From positions 58,609 to 78,608 of the forward strand of contig JABANN010000081.1 of NCBI GenBank assembly GCA_013115125.1: a stretch of 20,000 bases of DNA. The letters run 5' to 3'. Within the stretch, counting starts at the first letter, position 1. Each line of letters opens with the position of its first letter. This stretch comes from Perkinsus olseni. Lineage: Eukaryota. A model generated the notes under the pieces. The model was not told the DNA's origin, did no database searches, and saw only the letters and a program-made list of their open reading frames with translations. Below, one piece after another: positions 9,430-20,000 of the stretch. A program made the translations under genes and the position numbers.

Positions 9430-10100
9430 GACTTTTCGCGTACCTCTACCCAAGCCTACTGCCTGATAGTGAGCAACGCTCCCGAAACTCGACTTCTCGA
9501 CTGGTCGTACCCACCTACAGTCGCGCGGATTCAGTGCAGGTTTGTCCCGCGGCGCGAGACCGCGACGCCGCCTCCGCGCGTCTCCAAATTTCCACTAACA
9601 ATGAGACTCTCAACTTCCTTCGCCGTTCCTCCGAACTTCTGTCGAGTTCATTGGCAATGAATCATTGTCAATGCATGATTTCACACTCACTCTCCGGTGT
9701 CAATCGTTCCAAGAGAGGTTACCCTACTAAGGTATCATACCCTTGCGGTACGCTCCCGCTTAGTAGGCGTCAGAGCAAGCAGACTGAGCACCAATACTCT
9801 GTTACGACTTCTGTTTCTTCCTCTCCCCCTCTCTCAAAACCCAATCCAACTCCTATTCCAGCACAGCTAACTCCGTCTCTCGCCCCTCAATCGTAGTCGG
9901 CTCGCTACGGTGACCTCCTCTCTGCTGTGCCGCTCGGAGCGGTCCGCTCTCAACTGGCATGATAGACTCGACACGCTTATTAAAACAAGCTTAAGCTCAG
10001 CAGTCTCTAACGGCCTGACTACCGGCCTAATCGACATGATCAGATCAGATGGGCTCTGCCCAACGCGCGCTGGCAGTAACCCCTTTTCTGCCACTCGATT
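9430..10100 (+). mobile_element. Possible highly decayed 3' end of a non-LTR retrotransposon ORF
   Basis: Broken frames give ISHSLSGVN...YPCG...QTEH / ILC, loosely resembling a LINE C-terminal CCHC knuckle. Weak. Confidence 0.2.
9647..9674. repeat. Period-7 alternating inverted-repeat lesion (four arms)
   Basis: t-tcattg-g-caatga-a-tcattg-t-caatgc. Confidence 0.8.
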
Positions 10101-10676
10101 CCGAAAGTCTCGCGCTCCTTCCACACATTCCTCCCCTCAGCTGTTCAATTCCGTCTCACACCCCACTGCAATTTCGCCGCCGCCGGCTCCCCCGCCTCTC
10201 TCACCGCGATGCAAAATAGCTACGGCGACAGATCGGAAGTGCCACAGTTTCACATCGCGGACCGGGTTGGTCGTGCTTGGCTCAGGGATAATGGCGATAT
10301 CATAAGTGAGCCTTCTCTATTTTCACACGACGAATTTTGCTCCACTGCGACCGTTCATACCGCTTGAAAGAAGACCCCCCCGTGCAGAATAGAAATCATA
10401 ATTCTGCCCTACCCTGAAGGGGCCCCCGTCACGGGGGAATTTCCCCCGGCATAAACGGTGCTTGAACCACCAACAACGCACCAAGCGCTCGAATTCCGCA
10501 ACTCCATTTTGGCTCGCCCTTTTTCCGCGACCGCGAAAGACCACCGCGACCACAATCCTCGGACTAGCCGACTATGAATGTACCACTAGTACCTCTGAGC
10601 CGTTAAACAAGGTCGTTCATCACACCACATGCACTCACGAAATTCCTTTCAGGATACTGTACCACCAACTCCCAAA

Positions 10677-11213
10677 ATGACTATCCTCTCTCTCCTCATC
10701 GCCGTCCTGACCGGAGTTTACGGCGGCATCTTCGACTCTACCTGGGGACGAGCAGTATTGGGCTTCTTTGAGCGGTACTAGTACCACTACCACAGCTCCA
10801 AGTACAAGTACTTCCTCTACTACGCCGGCCACTACGCCTGAGTCGGTGCTCCAGCAGCTCCTCGCCCTAAACATACCGGAGTATCGAGGTCTCCCTACTA
10901 CGGTTGAGCCGATATCGGTGCAAGAGAGGTTGCAGGGTTTGGATATACCTCCGTACCCCAGTATCCCACAGCGGCTCCTACCGGGTAGGACCCACCCAGT
11001 CGACCTCTACCCCGATTGCGACGAAGTCGGTGCTGCAGCAGGTGGCTGAGCTGGATATCCCCCTTCGTGAGGGCGTATCGTCACTCGCGACTACCAACAC
11101 AAGCGCTCCTCCACTAACACACCTCCGGGATGTTAAGCGTACGAGCTTTACCGACGGGATATCGGACCACAACCTGGATCGTAGCCGGTGTAGCGTCAGT
11201 GAGAGTCTTCTGG
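10677..11213 (+). pseudogene. Frameshifted paralog of the Thr-rich surface protein
   Basis: MTILSLLIAVLTGVYGGIF / TLPGDEQYWAS...ESVLQQLLALNIP...LDIP / TKSVLQQVAELDIP... / WIVAGVASVRVF, split by three frameshifts (~10735, ~10965-10995, ~11165). Flanks are also homologous to 1340-2970. Confidence 0.85.
10976..10997. repeat. 22-bp triple inverted-repeat lesion inside the pseudogene
   Basis: t-cctacc-g-ggtagg-a-cccacc-c. Confidence 0.85.
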
Positions 11214-11327
11214 GGACGAACTGAAAATGGATGGCCAGCAACCCCACGCGGCTGCCGGCGACTGTACCATTACTAATTTGTGATGAACACCGCATGATTG
11301 ATATATACTTTGTTGTCTATAGAAACG

Positions 11328-11349
11328 ATGCTGAGTCAGCATTGCTGAC
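11328..11349. repeat. 22-bp triple inverted-repeat lesion (perfect)
   Basis: a-tgctga-g-tcagca-t-tgctga-c; paralog at ~2148 has a single tgctga. Confidence 0.9.
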
Positions 11350-11921
11350 TGAAGTCAAGCTGCTGTTGCGTTGTAGTTGGATAGCGAGCGGCTTTGATAA
11401 TCTCAGAGAATCACCACATCAAGTCGAGCTAGAGCCCCTGGCCTAGAGGGCAGTCGAGTGTGTGCAACTTGCGTAGTTCGCGCAAGGTGCAGTGGCGCGC
11501 ACCCTAAATCAAGTCCACCATCACGGAAAAACGTTATGCTGACCAATGATCTTCGAACTCGACGGTCATCCGCGACATTAAAGGAGTAACAATGAAGCCC
11601 TATGGTAGTTTTGAAAGAACTTGGTTTTCTGAAATCGCAGATCCCAACACAACGCCAAGTTGGGAACTAGTCATTCGACGGGAAAATCGACTCTTCCCGA
11701 GCGCCCCATGCATAACAACAACATCACGAGAGCAAAGATCGAGGAGAACAAGCAGGCTGAGAACAATAAAAAGTTAGCATGATATTGAACCTTCCCTGCA
11801 TACTCCAGCTGCCCTTTACAGCGAACTGTGTATAGAGGAGCTCCCTCGGCCAGCATACTCGAACTCAGTAGCCCACGCATGGATCGAAAACATGAGGATA
11901 GAAGTCGGCGGTGCATGGCAA

Positions 11922-14900
11922 TCATTCAATATCCACATCAGAAACCTACAAGGAGCGCAAAAAAACTAATTTCCCGGATGAAAAGCTCCAGCTCACTACG
12001 CCGTACCGGCATATGAACAACATAGATAGCCCTGGGCTTTGAACCATGCTCGGCCGCATCAACTATGAGTAACCTCACAGAGTCTGTGATTCCAGAGGCA
12101 GGTTCTCCGATGAATTGCAGAGGGATCTGATCACAAGCTACTTGGTCTTCCTTTATGAACGTCAGCCAACAGCAACGTCCCTTCGTCAAGAGGGTAAAGT
12201 GAACTACTAAGGAGTTCGTACAGGCTGTACGGTACAGCACAGCACAGCCTACATAAAACGAATACTCAATGCCCGGTACTAGAGTCGGTAGCCGCATCTG
12301 CGGGGTGTCAACGCTGTACCTGAATGAAGGCCGCATCAGGGTATCAGATTCCCCGACTGGTCATGGGACACGAGGCGGACGACGCCCATCTGGCGATCTC
12401 TAGCGACGCTCGGCGACATTCGACCGTCGCTTCATCCGGCCTGGATCATGATAGTCTATTCTCATGGGCGCCCGAAAATCGACGCAGTGACGAACGAGTG
12501 ACAGCAGTGCTGACTCAGCACCCTCAGCTAGCTCTAGATACTTTCTACTATCATGTCAGCTCTGCGTGTTCTAGTACAATGATACGGTCCACTGCTTCAT
12601 ACAGGGTACTCCCATTGTTGATAGCAGCTGAGGTCCGGCAGTACCATAAGATGCCTTACAGCTGAGTGTTAGGGAAGGTTACGAGAATCATATCAGCCAG
12701 AGGCCGCCCTCCGCCTCTCGCCGTTATTGAGACGCTCAGCCGAAACAGTGGGCCAATGCCTTGAACCTGATATAGGAGAAGTTGCCACAGCTAAGCGACG
12801 ACGGGCCCAATAGTAAGCTCTGAGAAATCACATAAGTAAAAAGCTGGAAAGGTCAAGCACAGCCACATTCTTCATACAGTGATGTGCTCAAATCAGGATA
12901 CAACCTGTATACCATACGCGTACCAACCACGGATACTTACCGAAGCCTTGACGTCTATCTTATTGTCTGAGCCGGAAGACTTCACTGTGGTGATTTGCCC
13001 TCTGCGGTTAGCCGAGAGAATCTTAACATATTCGCGGACAGTGCCTGACGAGACGCAACAAGCAAACTATCCACCAATGGACACCTCCATGTAGATCGAG
13101 TTTTACACTGCGAAACAAATTCTTAGAAAAAGTACATTATATCTGATTTCGCTTGACACAGGTTGCAAGGTTTTTACTGTTTTACCATCAGATCAAACCG
13201 GAAACCCCCACAATAGTACACTGTCCTTACGAAGCCGCAGCTTGCATAGATCTCGTTGAAAGGCTCTGTGAATCTCCACAGGCTGCTCTCTCTCCCTCTC
13301 AGTCTGTTCTATATACAGACGAGTCTTTTTTGGCACCTGTCAAGGGATGTGGAATGGGACCCCAACCCTCCAAAAAACTACGTTCAATGGGATATCCTGC
13401 TCAGGGGGAGGACCCGCAGTGGAACCCTCTTTCGTATTCAGCTTGACGTCTCCTGAAGGACGGCAATGACATAACGTCGTGAAAGCATCCTTATGATGCC
13501 CATGACCCCATTAAACGCTATCTACTTGCTAGGGGTCTCATAATGAGGAATTTAACGGGAGAGGCGCCAGCGCTCAACCTCATGACCTTACTGTGCAGGG
13601 AGCCGAGAGCCAACACGTACAGTAGAGCGATCACAATGGGAGCACTGGCTCACTTTGAAGGATCTTCAATATCACAGCTCCGGCTTTGGTAGAGACCGCC
13701 ATCGTGGCCTCCTCTCGGCCATATGTCCCCAGACACACACCAGCAACCATATGCCCGCCTCTCAACGTTATGGTATTGACCTGAGCTCGTACGCATGCAC
13801 ACGTAATCGAACACTCTAGGAAGGAGGGCTCACTAGATGCTTGCCGTTGTAGATACGTATCTCGCCATTGCGCAGGGCCACAACGAGCACTTTCACTGAG
13901 GGAAAATGGAGTCTGTGTGATCGCCCAGGAGAACCAACAGACGCCAACCAACTGGACGATGAACGGGATTGTCGAGGCACGCTGGTCCAAGCGGTCATCA
14001 CTCGACTGGGCACCACTAGCCCGTCCACCGCTTCTTGCGACCATCTTGCAACTACCGTAATAGCAGACACATACTTGTTCCGGTCGTCTCCCAACTGAAC
14101 TCCTCCATCGCGAGTATCGGGGCTGGCATGAGTAACGTGTGCATCTTCTTACCCTTCACATGGTAGCAATGCAGCCTAAAGTTCATACCTCGAAAGAGCA
14201 TGACATTTTATGTTATCACGAAAGCCGCGGTTGCTGCGAGATGGCAGACCCATACCACAGATCAACAGAGCCATTACAGCACTAACCTGCCGCCAGTACT
14301 ATCCCTCTCGCAAGCATTGTGTTCCGACACACCGTCTTTCCAGTTTTACCACACAGACAATATTCTCACCCCCGCACCCGCTACTATCCGCCTGGCCGAA
14401 AGACCGCTGTCCAGAGAGAAGAATACTCTCTCAGAGAAGTTCGGAAATGGCTAATCGCAAGTCTTGAAATACAAGCAAAGTCCACGAGGTGAGCACCGGA
14501 CTATCCAGATGGTTTCGTCAGGTCGTTATGCAATACTCCATAGGAACATTGTAGGCTAGCTAGGTCCTCGAGGCCCCGGCCAGAAAACTCTGACTGAATC
14601 CAAGAGCGCAAGGTACTACAAACCGTCAAAATAGCGATCGCGTCTTTGGGGTCGAAGAGTGCAAGTAGCAACCTACATCCAACATAGATCATCTTGCCCA
14701 GCTTCACCAGCCCCACAGGCATCGCGTCCAGGCTGATTTTCACATTCATAACCTGCGCAGCGAGAATCTCGTTCCACAAACAAAACGCTGATACCATTTT
14801 GAGTAGACTCATTCGTTTCTGAGTACTACCAACGCCCTGCTTGAAAATATGATTCGAGAAAACGCCACTGGCATTCAAGAAAATGCTCGCAACTTTCAGT

Positions 14901-17900
14901 GGCTTGACCAGCATCATCACCCATTGCGCGCTGCTCATCAACAACACATTGCGCGTGCGTGCAAGCTCGAGTATTCCTACGGCGGCAAGGTGCTACTCCT
15001 ACCTGCCCATTCTTAATAGACAGTATTGCCCCTCCTCTAGTCGCTATAACAATACGGTACTCAAGATCATAGAGACCGCTGACAGCCATCAAGGCGGGCA
15101 CAGAGCCCTCCGGAAGATCAACCTGACACCAATAATACAAGCCCGCTCTGAATGAGGACTCTTCACCCACTTTGGTGGCTATTCCCGTGAGACCAGAGTT
15201 CAGCACGAACACAGTGCCTGACTCGCAGGCAGCTACCAACATGGATACCGCAGTCTTCGAGTTCTGATTCTTCTTCAGTGCCTACGATGGAAGTGTGGCC
15301 TTCACCGATTCGAGACAACTCACATCAAGACAAGTTATCGTCTGCCATGTCTGCAGCAAGGCGGCGTCGTCAGAGGCATCCACCTGACACGGAGGGTAAT
15401 TTTCACCTCACGCGCGGTCAAGAAAGCGTGCTCGGAAATCCAAGAGAATTCGGATGTCACGGGACTGGAGCCTTCGATACGGAAAAGCAAATGGATAGGT
15501 GCAGATGCAAGAAAAAGAGAACTCATGCAATTTCTGACACCATCTAATGCAGACGAGATCGTCAATACCGAAAGCCGAATAAATACAGGCAACAAATAGT
15601 GCAGTAATGACCATACTCGAATGCTTTCTGGAGACCGACCGTGAACGCTACTGCAAGCTCGAACGAGTGCAAGGATATTTTCCTTCCCCCATGACCAACC
15701 GAGATCCCGCACGTCGAAGATTTCAGCACGACTCAGCCCGGCGGAATGCAAAGCACAGTAGGCGATACGCATAGCGAACGATTACTTGGAGAACCTCATT
15801 GAGCAGACCTTCCATCAGCCTAGGATTCTCCACAGTCGCCAATATGTCCTGCGCTCGAACGGATATGTTCCTGAGAGTCGCAGCGTCGACCACTGCGCTA
15901 GCTAGACACACCAGCCGAGCCGCCTGAGCTCACTTCCCAGACTCTCTCAGCTCCTGCAGGCGACCCAAGTAGAAATCCAGAGCGACGTCCAAGTCGTCAG
16001 GCAGACGAGGGCTGGCAAACACCGGAACGATCTCTCTTTCTGGCACGGCCAAGGCCAAACCGTGATCAGCGACGACGCACATCAAAAACTGATCGGCGAT
16101 CTTTCTATTCGCATCCCACTGGACGCTACGCGGAAGGCTCCCGAGCTCGTGACGGTAAGACGGAGGGCGCCAGCGCGACTATCTTCCGAAATTTTCCGGA
16201 TGAGTTTCCACTTCTCACATCTCACCACAGGCTCGTTTGGCGGAAGAACGCGTCTTCTTTGGGAGCATCGGAACGTTGAGGATCTCACCCCCAACGACGG
16301 CCAACGGAATCTCTCAATTTTTCATCAGATTTGTAGACGCCTCGCGTCGCCAAGAGTTCCTAATGATCACCCAAGTACCTCTCCGCTGCATCTTCGTCTA
16401 GTTCTGGAAGAGCCAAGCCACTCTCCTCAGCCTCATATCGATCAGAGCGACGACTCTTCAAGGCGGCGAAGCGTAAATCCTGAGGACCGGACTGAAGGTG
16501 GCAAAAGTACTTTGCTCTCGTGCAAGGGATCGAGGTCATCAGAGCCGTTCTCGGCTGTCAACAGAAGGGAGAAAAACGATCGAACCGTTACGACTCGGCA
16601 CCCCATAAGAATGAAAGCATCTACACCCGGAGAAAAACAGCCTGTACTCAATCTCAAATGCCCCTACAAAAACTAGATTTTCTCGCTCCCTGAAAAGTTC
16701 GGAAGAGCTCATGGACTTACGCCAGGAGGACGAATTGTCTCAATTTCCCCCCAAACACTGCACGGCAGCATCCGAAAGTGTGAACTCGGATGCACTAAGG
16801 ATTCGGCGACCTCGTATCCGTTGGAAAGAGACGAATCAGGGCTCAACGTACATACACGAAATACATGCTCGGATCTCGTATATTACAACTCATGAAAGGA
16901 TCCGGTCGTTAAGCGGCCGCCACTACTGAAGTCCTCTCACCGAGGTAATTGACCACAACTTCAAGTAGAGACTAACACAGCGGCCATACGCTATGAGTGG
17001 ACTATGACTACCATCAGCCACGATCTTACTCATACCGTAAATCACACACCCAGCCCTACTCACCTGCCAGATGGCTAGCTCTTCAGCGGTGGCCTCGATG
17101 GCGGGAAGGGTGAACTGAGAAGGGACCGAGATTATCAGACGTCCCTCCCCGGAGAAGTATTCAACATTTTTAATAAGCGCTATTCCGGTCCAACCGGAGA
17201 AGCTGAGAACGTAATTAATCTGATAATTCTGACAATGTTAGGAGCGCGATCGCTAACCAGAAGTGCGAAGCTCGAAAGGACACTACCAGCGGAAGTGAAC
17301 TTCCTCTTACCTTCAGATGAGGTTTGAGAAACCTATACACGAACAAGTCGGCGCCAGATGCTACCGCGATACCTGAGTGATCAAATAGTTAGAGTTTCGC
17401 TAGAGGACCGATGGTCCTACTGGGGACTGCGGCGTCGGACGATGGGTAGAAGGGTTGTACAGCTGTCGGGATGGCGGGCAGAAGCTGCTCCCAGGCCACC
17501 TTCGTACCTGTTCCGTTATGATCACGTTGAGCCAGTACCCAGCTAGGATTCATGCGACCACTTCGATGTTGAAGGGATTGATGAAGGTCCGATCATTGTG
17601 AAAGACGAGATTGAATCAGCTCTCCTATAAAGCGCATGAGGGACACTATTTGCGCTTGAACAGGGTGTGCGATAACTGAACTCTCAAAGCACTGTTTACG
17701 CCCTCCCCGCTCACCCTGATAAACTCGAATCCGTCTCTTCCTGTCAACCATGATGAGCCGGCCCTCCCCAGAAGCGTCAACATCGGCCATACCTGGCCAT
17801 CTGGCTGAACTGGTGAAGGAGTGGTACTTACACATTTGCTGGGAGTAGGATACGAAGTCGGCCGATGGGCACTCCCATGCATCGATCCAAACACGTTGTG

Positions 17901-17910
17901 ATGAATCCAT
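11922..17910 (-). CDS. BBS1: Bardet-Biedl syndrome 1 protein (BBSome subunit), multi-exon
   Basis: Colinear exon peptides match BBS1: MDSSQRVWIDAWECPSADFVSYS (17832-17910), MADVDASGEGRL (17715-17792), 17421-17507, IAVASGADLFVYRFLKPHLK (17311-17372), FTLPAIEATAEELAIWQ (17064-17114), ALKKNQNSKTAVSMLVAACE, VSGLYDLEYRIVIATRGG, LDAMPVGLVK, HVKGKKMH, LRNGEIRIY, GTYGREE, VPKKTRLYIEQTEREREQPVEIHRAFQRDLCKLRL, VQGIGPLFRL, LPTLVPG, HMP|VSDVDIE* (stop 11922-11924). Some middle exon boundaries are unresolved. Confidence 0.92.
12217..12238. repeat. 22-bp triple inverted-repeat lesion (perfect, BBS1 intron)
   Basis: c-gtacag-g-ctgtac-g-gtacag-c. Confidence 0.9.
12500..12521. repeat. 22-bp triple inverted-repeat lesion (BBS1 intron)
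   Basis: g-acagca-g-tgctga-c-tcagca-c. Confidence 0.85.
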
Positions 17911-18366
17911 GAGTAAGAGTGAAACGGAGGCAAGCTGTGTCCACCCCCTCCCCGCGCCCTTCAAAAGGTCGCTTTGAAATTGACCTGAACGTTCGTCAAT
18001 GATCCTTTGAACGCAACTGGACGAGCACGAGGGGTGTGTCCAAAAATCCGAAGGTGGTTCCCAGGCACTTCGTCTACCATCCGTAAGGGAGGCTACACTG
18101 GCGGTATGTAGGATCCACACCCCACCCGTTCCCTGTTGAACTGAGCCTTCTGGAGCACCGGAGTGACCAATCCGAAACACGGGAGCGGTGTAGTGTGATA
18201 GAGTATGATGTTGTTGTCGAACAACAGGTGTTCCCAGGAACGTCTTCTACCACGTTCAATATCATGATCCGGGGCCGACGATCCAGAGAGGGCTCGGTGA
18301 GACTTCAGAACAGCTTCGTCGGTTAGTGCTGAACGACACCATGACAGACAGGGTGTTCCAAATATT

Positions 18367-18407
18367 AGCATTCGGATTCAGTCAGGGCCTGACTGAATCC
18401 GAATGCT
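18367..18407. repeat. Perfect 20-bp inverted repeat with 1-nt centre
   Basis: agcattcggattcagtcagg-g-cctgactgaatccgaatgct. Confidence 0.95.
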
Positions 18408-18642
18408 GATTCTCCGCGTGACACCATTCGAGTGATGTGCAGTGCCGGCAGCCGACCCAAACTACTCCCCGTGGTCCACGAACTTCTCGCAGCGATGAGA
18501 ATTTTGATTCGGCCCGGTGCCGCTGATGCAAGTCAATGACTGATAATACTGGTAACTCGAGGACTGTATCAAGTACAACAAACAGTACATCATGAACATC
18601 ATTTTATAAACACTATTGTATCACGCATGGAATCAGTCAGGT

Positions 18643-19404
18643 CTACCTACGTGCTGCTTCCCAAGACTTCACCACCCTTTTCACATTCACAAGGCTCGGC
18701 AAAGGCAAAGCTCTCTCATAAAAGCTCGCAACCCATTCCAGTCCGGTATCATATCCTCGTGGCGGGTTCGTGGCGAGGATGACAAAAACCTTCCTACACT
18801 TGGCCATATTATCGTCTGCAGAATTGCGTTGGTGGGGAATCCAATTTCTCAATTCCGCATTAACCTCTTTCCTCAGTTTAACAAACGGCGTAAGGCCAGA
18901 GAAAAAGTCATAGGCTTCCTCAGCCTTGCCCATTTCCTCATATTCGATGGTCTCTTCGCCGGAACGTTTCGTAGTGACGGCAAATGCACCATTGCCTTCA
19001 AATCTGAGGTCAACCACAGGCGATACTGAGTGCAGATTACCGAGACTAATAACAGAAGAACGGCTACTCAGGGAAAGGTCGCTTCAATGTCACTTGTGAG
19101 CTTACCCGATAGAATGGTAGAAGGACTTTCCGTCCTTGGGGGTCCAGTCAATGAAGAAGCTCCCTTCAATGACCCTGCCTTTCTTTTCAAAATTATCTTC
19201 CAAACGAATATCCAACATCTTATTATCCCACTTGATCACACAGTGGTTATCAGAAGTCACGGATACGTCACCGAGGGCCTGTTCACGAAACTACAACGAT
19301 ACTGTTTAGAAGTGTGAGACTACATCTGCGAGTCTTTTGCTGCCTTGGAGTGCTGAGGCGCCAGATGATAGTAGAAGTAGAAGGGCGATAGTCGGCAGTG
19401 TCAT
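18643..19404 (-). CDS. Secreted hypothetical protein, ~224 aa, 3 exons
   Basis: Signal peptide MTLPTIALLLLLSSGASA. Exons 19324-19404, 19106-19278 and 18643-19063 with 45- and 42-nt GT-AG introns stay in frame. C-terminal part contains PFVKL...C...NPPRGY. Confidence 0.75.
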
Positions 19405-19483
19405 CGAAGAGATTTTGGTAGGCCAGGCAAAAATCGTCAGAAGGGTCCCCAGGCTAGTCCTCAGGCTAGGTTTCATAACAGCT

Positions 19484-19505
19484 GTGTCGGTCCGACACTG
19501 TCAGG
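19484..19505. repeat. 22-bp triple inverted-repeat lesion
   Basis: g-tgtcgg-t-ccgaca-c-tgtcag-g. Confidence 0.8.
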
Positions 19506-20000
19506 CAAGCTACTTGCTGCAAATACGGGCACGTTACTTCGTCAAAAAATGCTCTACGGGCCCCACTACGAGCCTCAAAGAGGGGCACAATCAACAACTC
19601 TCGAGTCACAACTTGGCAATAACAAGCACGAACGGGAAGCGCCGCAGCTAAGTTGGTTCAGCCAACCATTCGGCACTCGGGATATTTTCGACTCTCTGTT
19701 GAACTCAGTTAGACACACCTGCGGTATGAAGAGGTCGGCGTTTCGTTAGACTCATAGTGAAGGTTCGTAGCCGCCTTGGAAAGCGTCGTGCATAAACTTG
19801 ACGATCTTGAACTAACTTGAAATCCTGACGCATCTTTACTCTCGCTCGCCCTGTGCAACGGGAGTTCAAGGGCGAGCGAGATGCTTCGACTTTCTCGGGT
19901 ATCCCGAGAGGCACTGCCAGGGTCTGTCAAAACCCGCAACGAAATCACGAACTGTCCAAACAATGGGTGAGAGAGAGGCGGACAGACCGCGACCCGAGCG

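Noticed and set aside
16442-16545. Hammerhead ribozyme or C/D snoRNA (minus-strand CTGATGA...CTGA)
   Set aside because: No GAAA after stem II, no terminal stem and no recognisable rRNA guide.
16062-16676. 204-aa antisense ORF nested in a BBS1 intron
   Set aside because: GTG start, Arg/Ser/Pro-rich with no recognisable domain; unsupported.

Overview
Eukaryotic protist DNA. The 39-46 nt GT-AG introns and gene families suggest a Perkinsus-like alveolate (inference). Genes: a secreted/GPI-like Thr-rich protein (1482-2003,+) and its frameshifted paralog (10677-11213), an F-box/LRR protein (3934-5388,-) with a decayed copy of its 3' end at the window start, a 3-exon ALMT/FUSC-type membrane protein (5974-8628,-), tRNA-Lys(TTT), a multi-exon BBS1 (11922-17910,-) and a 3-exon secreted protein (18643-19404,-). 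A 595-bp TIR-bounded MITE has a tRNA-derived sequence at its centre. The main observation is at least 15 copies of one stereotyped 22-bp lesion in introns, intergenic DNA and pseudogenes: bases 1-7 of an 8-mer, then the reverse complement of the 8-mer, then bases 2-8. Comparison with in-window paralogs shows it is a +14-nt insertion. The geometry fits hAT-type (8-bp TSD, hairpin-forming) excision footprints repaired by annealing the two opened hairpins. All alignments were done by eye.
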